Below are positions 9,117-18,843 of a stretch of 64,000 bases of DNA, piece after piece (positions within the stretch are counted from its first letter, which is position 1; every line of letters begins with the position of its first letter). The position numbers were made by a program, and so were the translations under genes. The notes below the pieces were generated by a model. It saw only the letters and a program-made list of their open reading frames with translations, had not been told where the DNA came from and made no database searches. The DNA is taken from the IMG/VR virus record IMGVR_UViG_3300027747_002221, positions 1 to 64,000 of that record; one strand, 5' to 3'.

Positions 9117-10312
9117 TTTAGTGTAAATTTAAATAATTTTTCTCTCATTTTTTGCTGAGCTAAAGATTTAATATATGGTAAAAGTACAAAAAGTATTTGT
9201 TCTCTTAAATCAAGCGGAATATGAATCATTGCAATTTTTTCTTTAAGATTATCGTCTAAAACGTTATTATAATCTTCTTCCGACAAAATTTCTTTTCTTG
9301 CAGAATCCATATATTTAAAATTATAACTTGGATCACCATCATGGCCCGCATTTGTCAAATCTTTTATTATTAATGCTTTAGTGTCCTCAGACATCCACAC
9401 CGGCCAATTTCTAGAATCAGTCATCATTTTTGCAAAAGGAACGTTTGAAAAATCCACATCAGATGTCCCAGATGATCCTCCGGGATTACTATAACCCATA
9501 ATAGAAATAGCAAATTCATCGGTAACATTACATAAATCTTTTACATCTTTATCACTTATCAAAGATAAATCAAGCTTTGAATTCTTTCCAGGTTGATAAC
9601 TTTTAAAGTATGGCGCGCCGTCAAGATTTTTAAAATATGGGGCTTTATAAACTGACATTTTATCTAATTCTAAATAATTTTTAATTGTTTTAGAATGACC
9701 TCCCAATATTTTTTGTGCATCGTCATCCAATATATAGGTATCTATATGTTTTCTTACCTCTAAGATGTATAGTTCATATGTTCGTTTAATAAACCGTGCA
9801 AATAATTTTTTTAATTTTTCTTTTTTACTAAAGTTTCTATCATAGAATGCTGTTGCCAACATAAATTCTATAGAAGGCGAAAAATCTAAATCAGAAAAAT
9901 CAGACACCTCTGCAGTATCCCATAAGGATTTTATACGAGAAATTAAAGAATCGCACGGATTGCTATATACCTGCATTTTATGCCCATAGCAATCCGCAAA
10001 AGTTTCAAAAGAATCTTTATCCATATTCGTAGTGGATTTTAACCAAGATACTATTATCTTAGAAAAATTTTCTTCATCTGCAAATATAACAATTTTTTCT
10101 CCCTTTATAGCATAAAGGTTGCGTATAAAATCTGAAAAAGAAATGTCGCCCAACGCCTCATTCCAAGTTTTACCCGTGTTTAATGTTTTTGGATACACTG
10201 AAGCATCTTTAAGATCGTCCGTAGCATATTCTTTCGATATAACTACGCGATAATTAAAAGTGTCGATATGCTTATCTTGTTGTAAGAATACATCGTCAAA
10301 TAGGTGCAACAT
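9113..10312 (-). CDS. Hypothetical protein, paralog of 2527..3627
   Basis: 399-aa ORF; shared motifs as noted for 2527..3627. Confidence 0.6.
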   Translation of the reverse strand: MLHLFDDVFLQQDKHIDTFNYRVVISKEYATDDLKDASVYPKTLNTGKTWNEALGDISFSDFIRNLYAIKGEKIVIFADEENFSKIIVSWLKSTTNMDKDSFETFADCYGHKMQVYSNPCDSLISRIKSLWDTAEVSDFSDLDFSPSIEFMLATAFYDRNFSKKEKLKKLFARFIKRTYELYILEVRKHIDTYILDDDAQKILGGHSKTIKNYLELDKMSVYKAPYFKNLDGAPYFKSYQPGKNSKLDLSLISDKDVKDLCNVTDEFAISIMGYSNPGGSSGTSDVDFSNVPFAKMMTDSRNWPVWMSEDTKALIIKDLTNAGHDGDPSYNFKYMDSARKEILSEEDYNNVLDDNLKEKIAMIHIPLDLREQILFVLLPYIKSLAQQKMREKLFKFTLK

Positions 10313-11003
10313 TGGATTCCTCTTCTTTATTTTCTATTAATTGTAATCCTTCAGATATTCCAAAAGTTAACAAAAATAATGGGTTATTTTCGGTTGCCCA
10401 GTATGAGTATAAATTTTTTCCTCTAAACATATATTCACTGAAATATTTGGTATAAAACTTCAAATTTGATTCTTTAATCTTGCCATAGTAAATATAAAAA
10501 AGCTCATGCTTTAATAGAGATAAAAAATTTATGCCTGTTAGTTCTTCAGTTTCATCTACAGGAAATCCTTTTGCAAATTCTTGCATTTCCGGGGAATTCA
10601 CAATATACATATTAAATAGTGTTAAACTGTCTAGTTTACTTTCCCATTGTTTTATGATTTCCAAATTATCTTGTATAAAATTTTTATGGGGTATCAAATT
10701 TTCTATATCTATTTCTTTATATTCTAACAATAAATTTATTGTTAAAATTTCTAAACTTGGAATAGAACAAAGAACTGTAGAATTTAAATATTCCTTTAAA
10801 AGTTCTTCCTGTTCATTTTTATCATTAAAGCTAATATCGCATGGTATATCCAAATTAGAAATATACGTTAACAGTTTTGTGCCTTTAATTTTACTATTAG
10901 TATAATCTATTATAAATTCAACAGATTTATTTTCAAAATATTTTTTTAAATCTTCAATTGAAATAGGTGCAATAGTGTTAATTATAGTATTTGGTAAATT
11001 CAT
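10296..11003 (-). CDS. Hypothetical protein
   Basis: Likely start MNLPNTII at 11003 (TAATG coupling to stop of 11003..11638). Confidence 0.6.
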   Translation of the reverse strand: MNLPNTIINTIAPISIEDLKKYFENKSVEFIIDYTNSKIKGTKLLTYISNLDIPCDISFNDKNEQEELLKEYLNSTVLCSIPSLEILTINLLLEYKEIDIENLIPHKNFIQDNLEIIKQWESKLDSLTLFNMYIVNSPEMQEFAKGFPVDETEELTGINFLSLLKHELFYIYYGKIKESNLKFYTKYFSEYMFRGKNLYSYWATENNPLFLLTFGISEGLQLIENKEEESNVAPI

Positions 11004-11638
11004 TATCTTCTTCCTCTGGCAAAGTGGCATGCTGAATGGCATGATGCATGACAAACTGTGGCATCGTACACATAACTCTGATTTCTCGCATAATTTTGAT
11101 ACGCTGTTCTACATCTTTCCATAAAATTTTCCATTGAGTATGTAGATATTTGTAAATTTGTGTCTACTGCCCCGCGTGCAGGCGTTACATAATCACTCAA
11201 CCCCGTCTGCCCGGTAGAAAAGTTTAAATATGCTACAGCAATTACATCGTATACGAAACCCGCAGTAGGCTTAGTTCCGTTATTGCCACCAGTCCCATTA
11301 ACAAATAAACGAGCCTGGACACTTCTTATTTTGAGATACCGAGATGTAAAATAACTAAGATAAGTATGGATCCTCTCTGCAATAATTTGGTCACCGACAC
11401 CGGCAGGGTTGCCATCCATTTTCCCAATAAATGGGTCATTGGGTGGATAGTTAGGATTGTCATAATTATTGCCGCCCATATCACTAGTGGGTATAACTGC
11501 AGTCGCATATGCTGTTCCTGGGGCATATGTGGGCAAATTATTCGTACCCCAAGTCACACCCTGCCAATTGGTATACATATAGTCTTGGAATCTGCTTATT
11601 ATATTACGTTCGTTAACGGGATTGGTTAGTACCGCCAT
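11003..11638 (-). CDS. Gly/Asn/Thr-rich protein with C-terminal (CHxx)3 tail; candidate modification substrate
   Basis: Ends ...DATVCHASCHSACHFARGRR; lies immediately downstream of a rSAM/SPASM gene. Confidence 0.65.
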   Translation of the reverse strand: MAVLTNPVNERNIISRFQDYMYTNWQGVTWGTNNLPTYAPGTAYATAVIPTSDMGGNNYDNPNYPPNDPFIGKMDGNPAGVGDQIIAERIHTYLSYFTSRYLKIRSVQARLFVNGTGGNNGTKPTAGFVYDVIAVAYLNFSTGQTGLSDYVTPARGAVDTNLQISTYSMENFMERCRTAYQNYARNQSYVYDATVCHASCHSACHFARGRR

Positions 11639-12693
11639 GTTTCTTTCCTTATATTAATAATCTTATTTGATATAATATTTATACCTGCCAGAGATTTCAT
11701 TAAACTTTTTGGTGCACCACATACGTCATCTTGCCATGATAATTGGTGACAATCTCCACCACAATACTCAAAAACTTCGCAGGAATAACACCGGGTGTCC
11801 CCGCTTCTTTCACAGGCAATATTTTCTATGCGAGCAGGATTTGTTAAAAGCTGTTCTATACTATCAGTTATTTTTCCAAAATAGTTTTCTGGGGCGCTAT
11901 TTGGGCAACCTGCGATTGTCCCATCTGCATTAATTGTAAATAATTTTTCCTCACAATTTCTACAAAAAGTGCCAGATTTATTAAATCCGCTCTCAAACTT
12001 AATATATACATCTTCTAAAAAATCATTAGAAAACCATTTTCTTGCATCATACTGAACAGTTTGTTCATGCATTTTTAAAAACCATGCATCCTGTTCCAAA
12101 TTAGAAGGAAATATTTCCGGATGCAAATTTGCATTACCATTACCCGTCAATCTTTCAAATGATACTTCTTGTACTCCGAGTATTTTTATCCAGCTAAGTA
12201 AATGAATTGGGTCTATATTAATAGTATCTTTAGTTACACTAATAAAAAGCTTTACAGTTACGCTTTCATTGAGTAAAGTTTTTACATTTTTTAACCAAAG
12301 ATCAGATTGTTTAGTATTTGCAAATCTTATTTTTGGATCCCAACTTGTACCTACTCTATTTCCGAGTTGATTTTTTACAAAATTTATAATTTCAGAATCA
12401 AGTTTGTACGTCAAGTTTGTTGTTGCACACCAGGACATATTATTCCAAAGACCATTACAAGAATTATAAACCTTTTTCATTTCAGAAACAGGGACAAGAA
12501 AAGGTTCTCCGCCATGAAATTCAAAGTGTACGTTATCTAAATTTGGGGCGTAGGATTTTAGTCTGGTTATCCAATCTATAACTAAATCAGTATTCCAATA
12601 AACTTTGGCACCGTTAATACCATTAGTAAAACAATGTTTACAATTTAGGTTACAGGTTTCTGTTGTTTTTAAATAAACTAAAGCATTTTTCAT
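11626..12693 (-). CDS. Radical SAM/SPASM domain protein
   Basis: CNLNCKHC, FHGGEP; CRNC...IAGCP...CYSCEVFEYCGGDC...C SPASM pattern. Confidence 0.9.
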   Translation of the reverse strand: MKNALVYLKTTETCNLNCKHCFTNGINGAKVYWNTDLVIDWITRLKSYAPNLDNVHFEFHGGEPFLVPVSEMKKVYNSCNGLWNNMSWCATTNLTYKLDSEIINFVKNQLGNRVGTSWDPKIRFANTKQSDLWLKNVKTLLNESVTVKLFISVTKDTINIDPIHLLSWIKILGVQEVSFERLTGNGNANLHPEIFPSNLEQDAWFLKMHEQTVQYDARKWFSNDFLEDVYIKFESGFNKSGTFCRNCEEKLFTINADGTIAGCPNSAPENYFGKITDSIEQLLTNPARIENIACERSGDTRCYSCEVFEYCGGDCHQLSWQDDVCGAPKSLMKSLAGINIISNKIINIRKETWRY

Positions 12694-12705
12694 TAAACAA
12701 TTATA

Positions 12706-13176
12706 TTATATTTTAGGTAATTTGTCTATTAAAAATTTTTCCAAACCAAAACTTAGAATTAAAGATTCCTCATCATTAATTGCCTGATGTTTTGTATTTG
12801 CGGGTATGAATATTGTTTTGCCCTTATTAAGTATAATACTTTTACCACCAAGTATTAAATTTAGAGAACCATGTATGACCTCAACAAATACATCGTCGGG
12901 GTCGGTATGCTCTGGGAAACTTTTTGAATTTTTGAATGACCGAAAGGCATGGCAGGTCACTGGCCCATTGTGAGAAAATGATTTACAGTAATTAAAAATG
13001 TTTTCATTATATTTTTCCAAACCTTCAAGTTTTATACAATGATTATATACAGAATGTAAATGTCCTATATCATTAATAGTATTTTCTCTGCCTTCTGTAT
13101 CTATATAATACAATAAATGCTGTTGGTATATTAAATTATTTTCTATTATTTTTTCAAATTCTTGCAATGTTATCAT
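12706..13176 (-). CDS. JmjC/cupin-type 2OG oxygenase (YcfD/RoxA-like)
   Basis: FPEHTDPDDVF (HxD)...IFIPANTKHQA...LILSFG. Confidence 0.65.
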   Translation of the reverse strand: MITLQEFEKIIENNLIYQQHLLYYIDTEGRENTINDIGHLHSVYNHCIKLEGLEKYNENIFNYCKSFSHNGPVTCHAFRSFKNSKSFPEHTDPDDVFVEVIHGSLNLILGGKSIILNKGKTIFIPANTKHQAINDEESLILSFGLEKFLIDKLPKI

Positions 13177-13177
13177 A

Positions 13178-14848
13178 TTACATTAAGGCAATTTCAATTA
13201 TGCCTTCCTCATGTGTAGTTTTATCTTCCAATGCAATAAACCTAATCGGCAAATTATTAATATCTGTTCTTACCGCAATGCCGGGATTTGTAGATACGGT
13301 TAATAAATCGCCCTTACTACAAGTTCCGATTATTCTAATTGGAACGCGTCCTTTAAGTGCAACTGCTTGAGAATTTTCTAATTCCGAATTCATTAAGTAT
13401 GCAGGTTTATCAGAAATAACACCTATTATTCTATTGGGATAATGCATAGTTGCAATAGTTACTTCTTTTTCTCCACCTATCATAACTATGGTACCAACCG
13501 GATATTCTATATCGGTTAAATATTTTTCTGCCAAGTCAGCATAGTTTGCAGAAGTTGCTGTTCCTGAGAAGGTTGTGGCATATAAAGTATTAATTGCAGG
13601 ATTAAAGTAAAAATTTCCAAATCCGCTCACGCATGGAGTTTGTACACCAAATCCAGAAACAAAAACGGGATAGAAGTTTTGGTTGGCGCCAAGGCCAGTT
13701 ACAGAAATTGTGGTGCTAGATATCGATAATCCTGTTGCGCCAATCGGACCTGTTGCGCCAGTTAATCCCGTTGCGCCAGGTAGGCCCGGTGAACCAATTG
13801 ATCCTGTTGCGCCTGTTGAGCCTTTAGGACCCGTCGCTCCTGGGATAATGCTGGTTGCGCCAGTTGCGCCAATTCCTGTAGCACCTGTTGCGCCAATCGG
13901 ACCTGTTGCGCCAGTTAATCCCGTTGCGCCAGGTAGGCCAGTTGCACCCGTTGCACCCAATCCTGTTGCGCCCGTTGCACCCAATCCTGTTGCGCCTGTT
14001 GAGCCGTTCGCGCCGGTTGCACCGGTTGAACCTGTTGAGCCTTTCGCGCCGGTTGCCCCGGTGAATCCTGTAGCGCCAATCGGACCTGTTGCTCCTGTTC
14101 CGGTTGCGCCCGATGCACCCACTCCTGTTGCGCCAGTTAGACCCGTTGCGCCGGTTAAACCCGTTGCACCAGTTGGTCCTGTGCTCCCTGTTGAGCCAGT
14201 TGATCCCGTTGGTCCGGTTGTGCCGGTCGCACCCACAATGGCATTTCCCTGAGCACCAGTTGCACCCACGGGCCCTGTTGCGCCGGTTGGTCCTATAGAT
14301 CCTGTAGCACCGCGAAGACCTGTTGCGCCAGTGGGGCCTGTAACAATTACATTAGAACCCATAGGCCCAACTGGCCCAGTAGCACCAATAGGACCAGCTG
14401 GACCTTGCCCACCACCTAAAACGGGTAATATTGAAACAATATCGCCGGCTACTGTTGCAGTTGAAAGTATAACAGAATTAGATGTTACCGTATAGTCCGC
14501 TGCTTCTAAAGGACCACCTGGCGAAATTAAAACACCATTGACCCAGACTAAAACAGGATCAGTATTTGAATTAAATGTTAAATAAGTGCCCGCTAAACTA
14601 TTTGTTGTGTTATCAAATGTTGTTGTTGCATTTGCTGTTACATAATCATATCTAACTAAGGTTGAAGTATTTGCATCCAGCGGTGACCAATATCTTGTAC
14701 CATTTGGATCGCCCCGTAAATAATATCCAAGCGCACCCGGTAAACCTAAATTTGGTTCTGCCTGAGATAGCTGTAAGAAATTATATCTATCTAAAGATAT
14801 ATTGCCAGTTGCTGTGCGTACTTTGCCGCTTAAATTTTGTAGTGCCAT
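13178..14848 (-). CDS. Collagen-like tail fibre protein with C-terminal chaperone-like domain
   Basis: Long G-X-Y run ([10 protein letters not shown]); C-terminal [10 protein letters not shown]...GVIS..PAYLMN...ALKGRVP domain typical of large-phage fibres. Confidence 0.75.
   Translation of the reverse strand: MALQNLSGKVRTATGNISLDRYNFLQLSQAEPNLGLPGALGYYLRGDPNGTRYWSPLDANTSTLVRYDYVTANATTTFDNTTNSLAGTYLTFNSNTDPVLVWVNGVLISPGGPLEAADYTVTSNSVILSTATVAGDIVSILPVLGGGQGPAGPIGATGPVGPMGSNVIVTGPTGATGLRGATGSIGPTGATGPVGATGAQGNAIVGATGTTGPTGSTGSTGSTGPTGATGLTGATGLTGATGVGASGATGTGATGPIGATGFTGATGAKGSTGSTGATGANGSTGATGLGATGATGLGATGATGLPGATGLTGATGPIGATGATGIGATGATSIIPGATGPKGSTGATGSIGSPGLPGATGLTGATGPIGATGLSISSTTISVTGLGANQNFYPVFVSGFGVQTPCVSGFGNFYFNPAINTLYATTFSGTATSANYADLAEKYLTDIEYPVGTIVMIGGEKEVTIATMHYPNRIIGVISDKPAYLMNSELENSQAVALKGRVPIRIIGTCSKGDLLTVSTNPGIAVRTDINNLPIRFIALEDKTTHEEGIIEIALM
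13725..14410 (-). repeat. Collagen-like Gly-X-Y coding repeat (GATG[P/L/A/S]T)
   Basis: Degenerate 9/18-nt repeats (cctgttgcgcc, ccagttgcacc); locally GC-rich. Confidence 0.9.
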
Positions 14849-14849
14849 T

Positions 14850-15212
14850 TTACTGTAACGATGTCTCTAATAAACTTACAAGAATTTTTAAATGTGCGTT
14901 TGCGCCCGCTTTGGCAATAATAGATTGGGTTTCCTCTAATACAATTTTACCTACTATAACTGATGCTGCATCATTTTTATTAACCTCAAAACGTTTTACC
15001 AATTCTGTATCTGTAACTACTCTAAAACCATTTGTTAACACATTTGATCTATGAAATAATGTTACGTTAGCCGCTTGTTCAGCAATATTACTTACTTGGG
15101 CAGTCAATATAATTGTTGCAGTTTCTGAAGGTGTAGTATACAATATAGTATCATACGTATATAGGTTTGACGCAATCGTTTTAAATGTATTTAAGGGAAC
15201 TAGGGTAGCCAT
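14850..15212 (-). CDS. Small virion structural-type protein
   Basis: 120-aa beta-rich ORF between two fibre-like genes. Confidence 0.5.
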   Translation of the reverse strand: MATLVPLNTFKTIASNLYTYDTILYTTPSETATIILTAQVSNIAEQAANVTLFHRSNVLTNGFRVVTDTELVKRFEVNKNDAASVIVGKIVLEETQSIIAKAGANAHLKILVSLLETSLQ

Positions 15213-15221
15213 TTTTATCCT

Positions 15222-18128
15222 TTATTGTAATGCCAATATATATGGTGTCATAACTGCAAACAAACTCTTGTTAAATGTTCTACCATTAATAGTACCTGTT
15301 GCTCTATCTATTAGTAATTCATCACCAATTCTAAAATTACCTTTATGGTCTGTACTGGTATAATAAACAGAGCCACCATTTACGGAAACAACTTCGTATT
15401 CTTGTATTGGTTTTCCGCCATTAAATGGTAAAGCGGCTGTTAAAGAATTGCCTGCACCAACATATTCAAATGTGTGTGTACTTGTTTGTAAATAACTTGC
15501 TCTATGGAAATTGCCAGTACTGTTTGCAAGTGGTCTGTCAACAGCTAATATCTTTTCATCAAAAGTAATTATGCAACTATTTGCAATTAGATTAGTAGTT
15601 TCACCTACCGTATAGAAGTTACGAGTACCATTACTTATATCTGTCCAATTTAAATTAACATAAGCAATAACTTCTGCTCTAATAAAATCTCTATTTGCGA
15701 AAATTATTTTTGTAGCAAGATCAACATTGGAATTAGTATTTGCAGTCAACCCTATTGGCAGAATAGTGGTTTCTAATCCTTGCGGACCGTTTAAAATAAT
15801 ATCTGTAATATCATCTATTCTTGCACGAACTGTTGAAACTTCTGCAGCTGTTACGTTACCTGTGAAGTTTGTGTTTTGCACATATGCTGTTTGATAAGTA
15901 TTTGCTATTGTTTGTTTGTATAAAACTTCATCTATAAATGTTTTAATAAATGCAAATGCGCCAGCTGTCTGTGGTTTTTGGTTTTCAATCTGACTTAATT
16001 CGGAACTATATGCATAATTTAAAATTGCTTTAGTTACAGTTTGTCTATTAGTTTCGTACCCTAAATTACTAGACTTAATATCAAATGTAATTGAATCTAT
16101 AATTTGACCAACGTCCACAAATATAGATTTACCCGGCAAATATGTTGCATATGGATACAAATTACCAAAATACGCTGCAACCTCGGATTGCATGAAATTC
16201 TTGTTTTGCTGCAATAGATTCGCAGCATTTGTCCATGATGCCAATTGCGTATTACCATATCTATTTGGAATTATTTTATCGGTAACTGCAAATATCCCAT
16301 CAACAAATATGCTATTGTACGTACCAAATAGATTAGAAATTGCTCGAGCAGCTGTAGCATCGCCGGGTGCGCCACTAATAATTACCTGATTGTTTGCTGT
16401 TTGATATGGAACTAAAGCACTATTATCCCAAGAAGTACTATTAACAACAACATTCGTTGCTAAGTTCTTTAGATACGTCATTGCATTTTGTACTTCAACA
16501 GTTTGATCTATTAAATTATTTACACCTTGTGACCAATATTGTAGACCAGAAAATCTAGATTGAGTATTACCACCATATGCCAAATCCAAAGCAAAAGAAT
16601 CAACAATTAAACCGGTATCTCTAAAACACTTATCTTGATTATAATTTGCTATTAATATTTTATCATTTAATTTTGGTAAAGTATTACCTAGATATCTTAC
16701 AGTTCTACTTGTTAACTGTTCTAGAATTATACCGCCGTATACTCTAGTACCAACCCCGTCAGCATATAAACCATATGTACCAAACGATGAATTTGAATTT
16801 GTTATAGAGGCAAACCCGCCGGATTCCGCAAGTACAGCATATTGACAACAAATAGTAAATAATGAAACTAATTGCATATAGCCTTGATTCAATAAGTGTA
16901 TACCAATACCACCTTCATTGAATTGTGTAAACGCATCCAATACCATTGACTTTAAACCACCCACATATGCACCATTTACTCTAACGCCTGTGCCTGTAGT
17001 TGTAATTGATGAACAGTTCTGTATGTATGGACTAGTTGTAATATTGCCTGCTGAGCCATCTGGATTATAAGAAAATACTGCAGGACCAGCTTTAACGTTA
17101 TTTGGATTAGCTGCTTCGTGACCTCTAAATGTAAATCCATTTACATATGCGCCTGTGTTCATATAGAACATATCAGATGTTATATTCTGAGGAAATATAT
17201 CGCAAGTTCTTAAATCATTCCCTATTAGAGATACTCTTTTGGGAATAGTGACTGGGTTATTATATAGAGTATACTTACCTGGCATTACATGGACTGACCA
17301 TTTTTCAAAAGTCCTGGATAATGCAGTATGAATATTGGCAACAGCATTTGCCATTGATCTACCATCTAAAGCATCATTGCCACTTGTGGAAACATAAATT
17401 ATGTTTGCATTTTTTCTATTTAATTCTTTTACGATAGGTGAATTTGTTACTCTAGTATTAGTAAAGTATAAATTTGTGTTACCCTCGCGCAAATTATCTG
17501 TAGTTACATTAGCCAGATTAACATTGGATAATAGTTTAGTAATATCTCCAACAATTATAGTACCATTTGCCTGATTATAAACAATCGTTTCGTCGCCAGC
17601 ACTAATTGCTTGTCTAACTCGTTGAAAAGATACGTTAGCAGCTGCTAATGTTATACTAGTTTCTACGCCGGGAGACGTTCCAAGAATTAACCAACCATTT
17701 GAATAAGTGTTGCTACTGTACAGTAGCATTACACTATCGCCAGCACTCTTCAGTGATATCCAGGCATTAGGATATACATTTGAATTATCTGTAGATAGAT
17801 AGACAGAACCACCTGCTACATTTGCAAGTGTAAGTATTTTTACCAAACCATCCGTAGGGCTATTTGGTAAAATCGGTGTTACCGCATAAGGCCCTACATC
17901 AAATTCAGTTCTAGATTTAGTTAAACTAATAGTCTTATTAGTATCGGTGGCCTTAATTAATTGAACACCCTCTAACGTAAGGCCACCTTTTAAAATAGCA
18001 TCAACTATGTTTTTGAAGAAAATATTTGAACCTAACTTTTTGCTTATGCCCCCTTGAACTGCGTAAAAAAACGTGTCATCAGTTATATTGAGAGAGGAGG
18101 CTAAGTCGGATAACTTTAAATCTGCCAT
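15222..18128 (-). CDS. Large virion structural/fibre protein with pectin-lyase-like beta-helix
   Basis: 968 aa; IYVSTSGND, V.PGKY..NPVTIP, SPYIQNCSSI motifs; TDNLREGNTNLYFT motif. Confidence 0.65.
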   Translation of the reverse strand: MADLKLSDLASSLNITDDTFFYAVQGGISKKLGSNIFFKNIVDAILKGGLTLEGVQLIKATDTNKTISLTKSRTEFDVGPYAVTPILPNSPTDGLVKILTLANVAGGSVYLSTDNSNVYPNAWISLKSAGDSVMLLYSSNTYSNGWLILGTSPGVETSITLAAANVSFQRVRQAISAGDETIVYNQANGTIIVGDITKLLSNVNLANVTTDNLREGNTNLYFTNTRVTNSPIVKELNRKNANIIYVSTSGNDALDGRSMANAVANIHTALSRTFEKWSVHVMPGKYTLYNNPVTIPKRVSLIGNDLRTCDIFPQNITSDMFYMNTGAYVNGFTFRGHEAANPNNVKAGPAVFSYNPDGSAGNITTSPYIQNCSSITTTGTGVRVNGAYVGGLKSMVLDAFTQFNEGGIGIHLLNQGYMQLVSLFTICCQYAVLAESGGFASITNSNSSFGTYGLYADGVGTRVYGGIILEQLTSRTVRYLGNTLPKLNDKILIANYNQDKCFRDTGLIVDSFALDLAYGGNTQSRFSGLQYWSQGVNNLIDQTVEVQNAMTYLKNLATNVVVNSTSWDNSALVPYQTANNQVIISGAPGDATAARAISNLFGTYNSIFVDGIFAVTDKIIPNRYGNTQLASWTNAANLLQQNKNFMQSEVAAYFGNLYPYATYLPGKSIFVDVGQIIDSITFDIKSSNLGYETNRQTVTKAILNYAYSSELSQIENQKPQTAGAFAFIKTFIDEVLYKQTIANTYQTAYVQNTNFTGNVTAAEVSTVRARIDDITDIILNGPQGLETTILPIGLTANTNSNVDLATKIIFANRDFIRAEVIAYVNLNWTDISNGTRNFYTVGETTNLIANSCIITFDEKILAVDRPLANSTGNFHRASYLQTSTHTFEYVGAGNSLTAALPFNGGKPIQEYEVVSVNGGSVYYTSTDHKGNFRIGDELLIDRATGTINGRTFNKSLFAVMTPYILALQ

Positions 18129-18157
18129 TCTATATTTTCTTTAAATTAATCTATTGA

Positions 18158-18787
18158 TTAAGAGTTAGGAAGGATTCTATCTGCCGATGTGCCCATATCA
18201 AACGCATCAGTTTGATTCAATACACCTGTTGCATTAGCATTAAAGTTCTTTGACATTGCTACCAAGGGCTCTACTCTGTGACGAACGGAACCTTGACTTG
18301 TTGTCCATGTCTTATAGTGTACCCAACCTACAGAATTAAAACCATTTGCTTTATTGCCTGCGATATTAGCTTCATTTCTATCTATACCGTAAACATTACG
18401 AGCAGTGATAGTATTTTGTGATCTACCTGGAACTACTGTTGCATTGCCTTGTTTTGCGCCCAAACCAAATGTTCTAATCCATTTAGGTTGTTCTTGTATA
18501 GCAATATTAGCAACTGAGGTATTGCTACCAGAAAATACAGCGTCCAATGTTAAGGTATTGCTTGATATAATTGATGCAATAGTATATGTATTTTGATTAT
18601 ACGCAAGATTTATTACATTGGCATTTATCAGTAATTTATTACCAACAATAAAACCGTTTGCCGCAGTAAAAGGACTTGTGCTATTACCAACGTTTCCTGT
18701 ATTCAACGCTGTAATTACGTTTGAGTCGTTAAAGGCCTGAACTAGCACACCTACTTCTCTTCTATCTTTATTTCCCCATTGTGACAT
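18158..18787 (-). CDS. Putative virion structural protein
   Basis: 209-aa Asn/Thr/Gly-rich ORF; MSQWG start and GW..YKTW...RHRVEPLVAM end seen in T4-like structural proteins. Confidence 0.5.
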   Translation of the reverse strand: MSQWGNKDRREVGVLVQAFNDSNVITALNTGNVGNSTSPFTAANGFIVGNKLLINANVINLAYNQNTYTIASIISSNTLTLDAVFSGSNTSVANIAIQEQPKWIRTFGLGAKQGNATVVPGRSQNTITARNVYGIDRNEANIAGNKANGFNSVGWVHYKTWTTSQGSVRHRVEPLVAMSKNFNANATGVLNQTDAFDMGTSADRILPNS

Positions 18788-18843
18788 TGTATTCTCCTTT
18801 GAATGTCTTTGATCAAGCTATAGACCTTGAACTGTCTGTTAAA

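Noticed and set aside
1-13176. Cluster as a DNA hypermodification or queuosine/7-deazaguanine pathway
   Set aside because: No recognisable QueC/D/E, FolE, DpdA, hydroxymethylase or kinase, and the SPASM-type domains and fibre linkage fit protein substrates better. It is not fully excluded.
13683-14298. Plus-strand PVAP-repeat ORFs and an alternate-frame Gln-rich ORF
   Set aside because: These are shadow frames of the collagen-like Gly-X-Y repeat, with no RBS or independent signal.
13725-14410. CRISPR array or DGR template/variable repeat
   Set aside because: The repeats are in-frame codon repeats without unique spacers. No reverse transcriptase or adenine-specific variant repeat pair was seen anywhere in the window.
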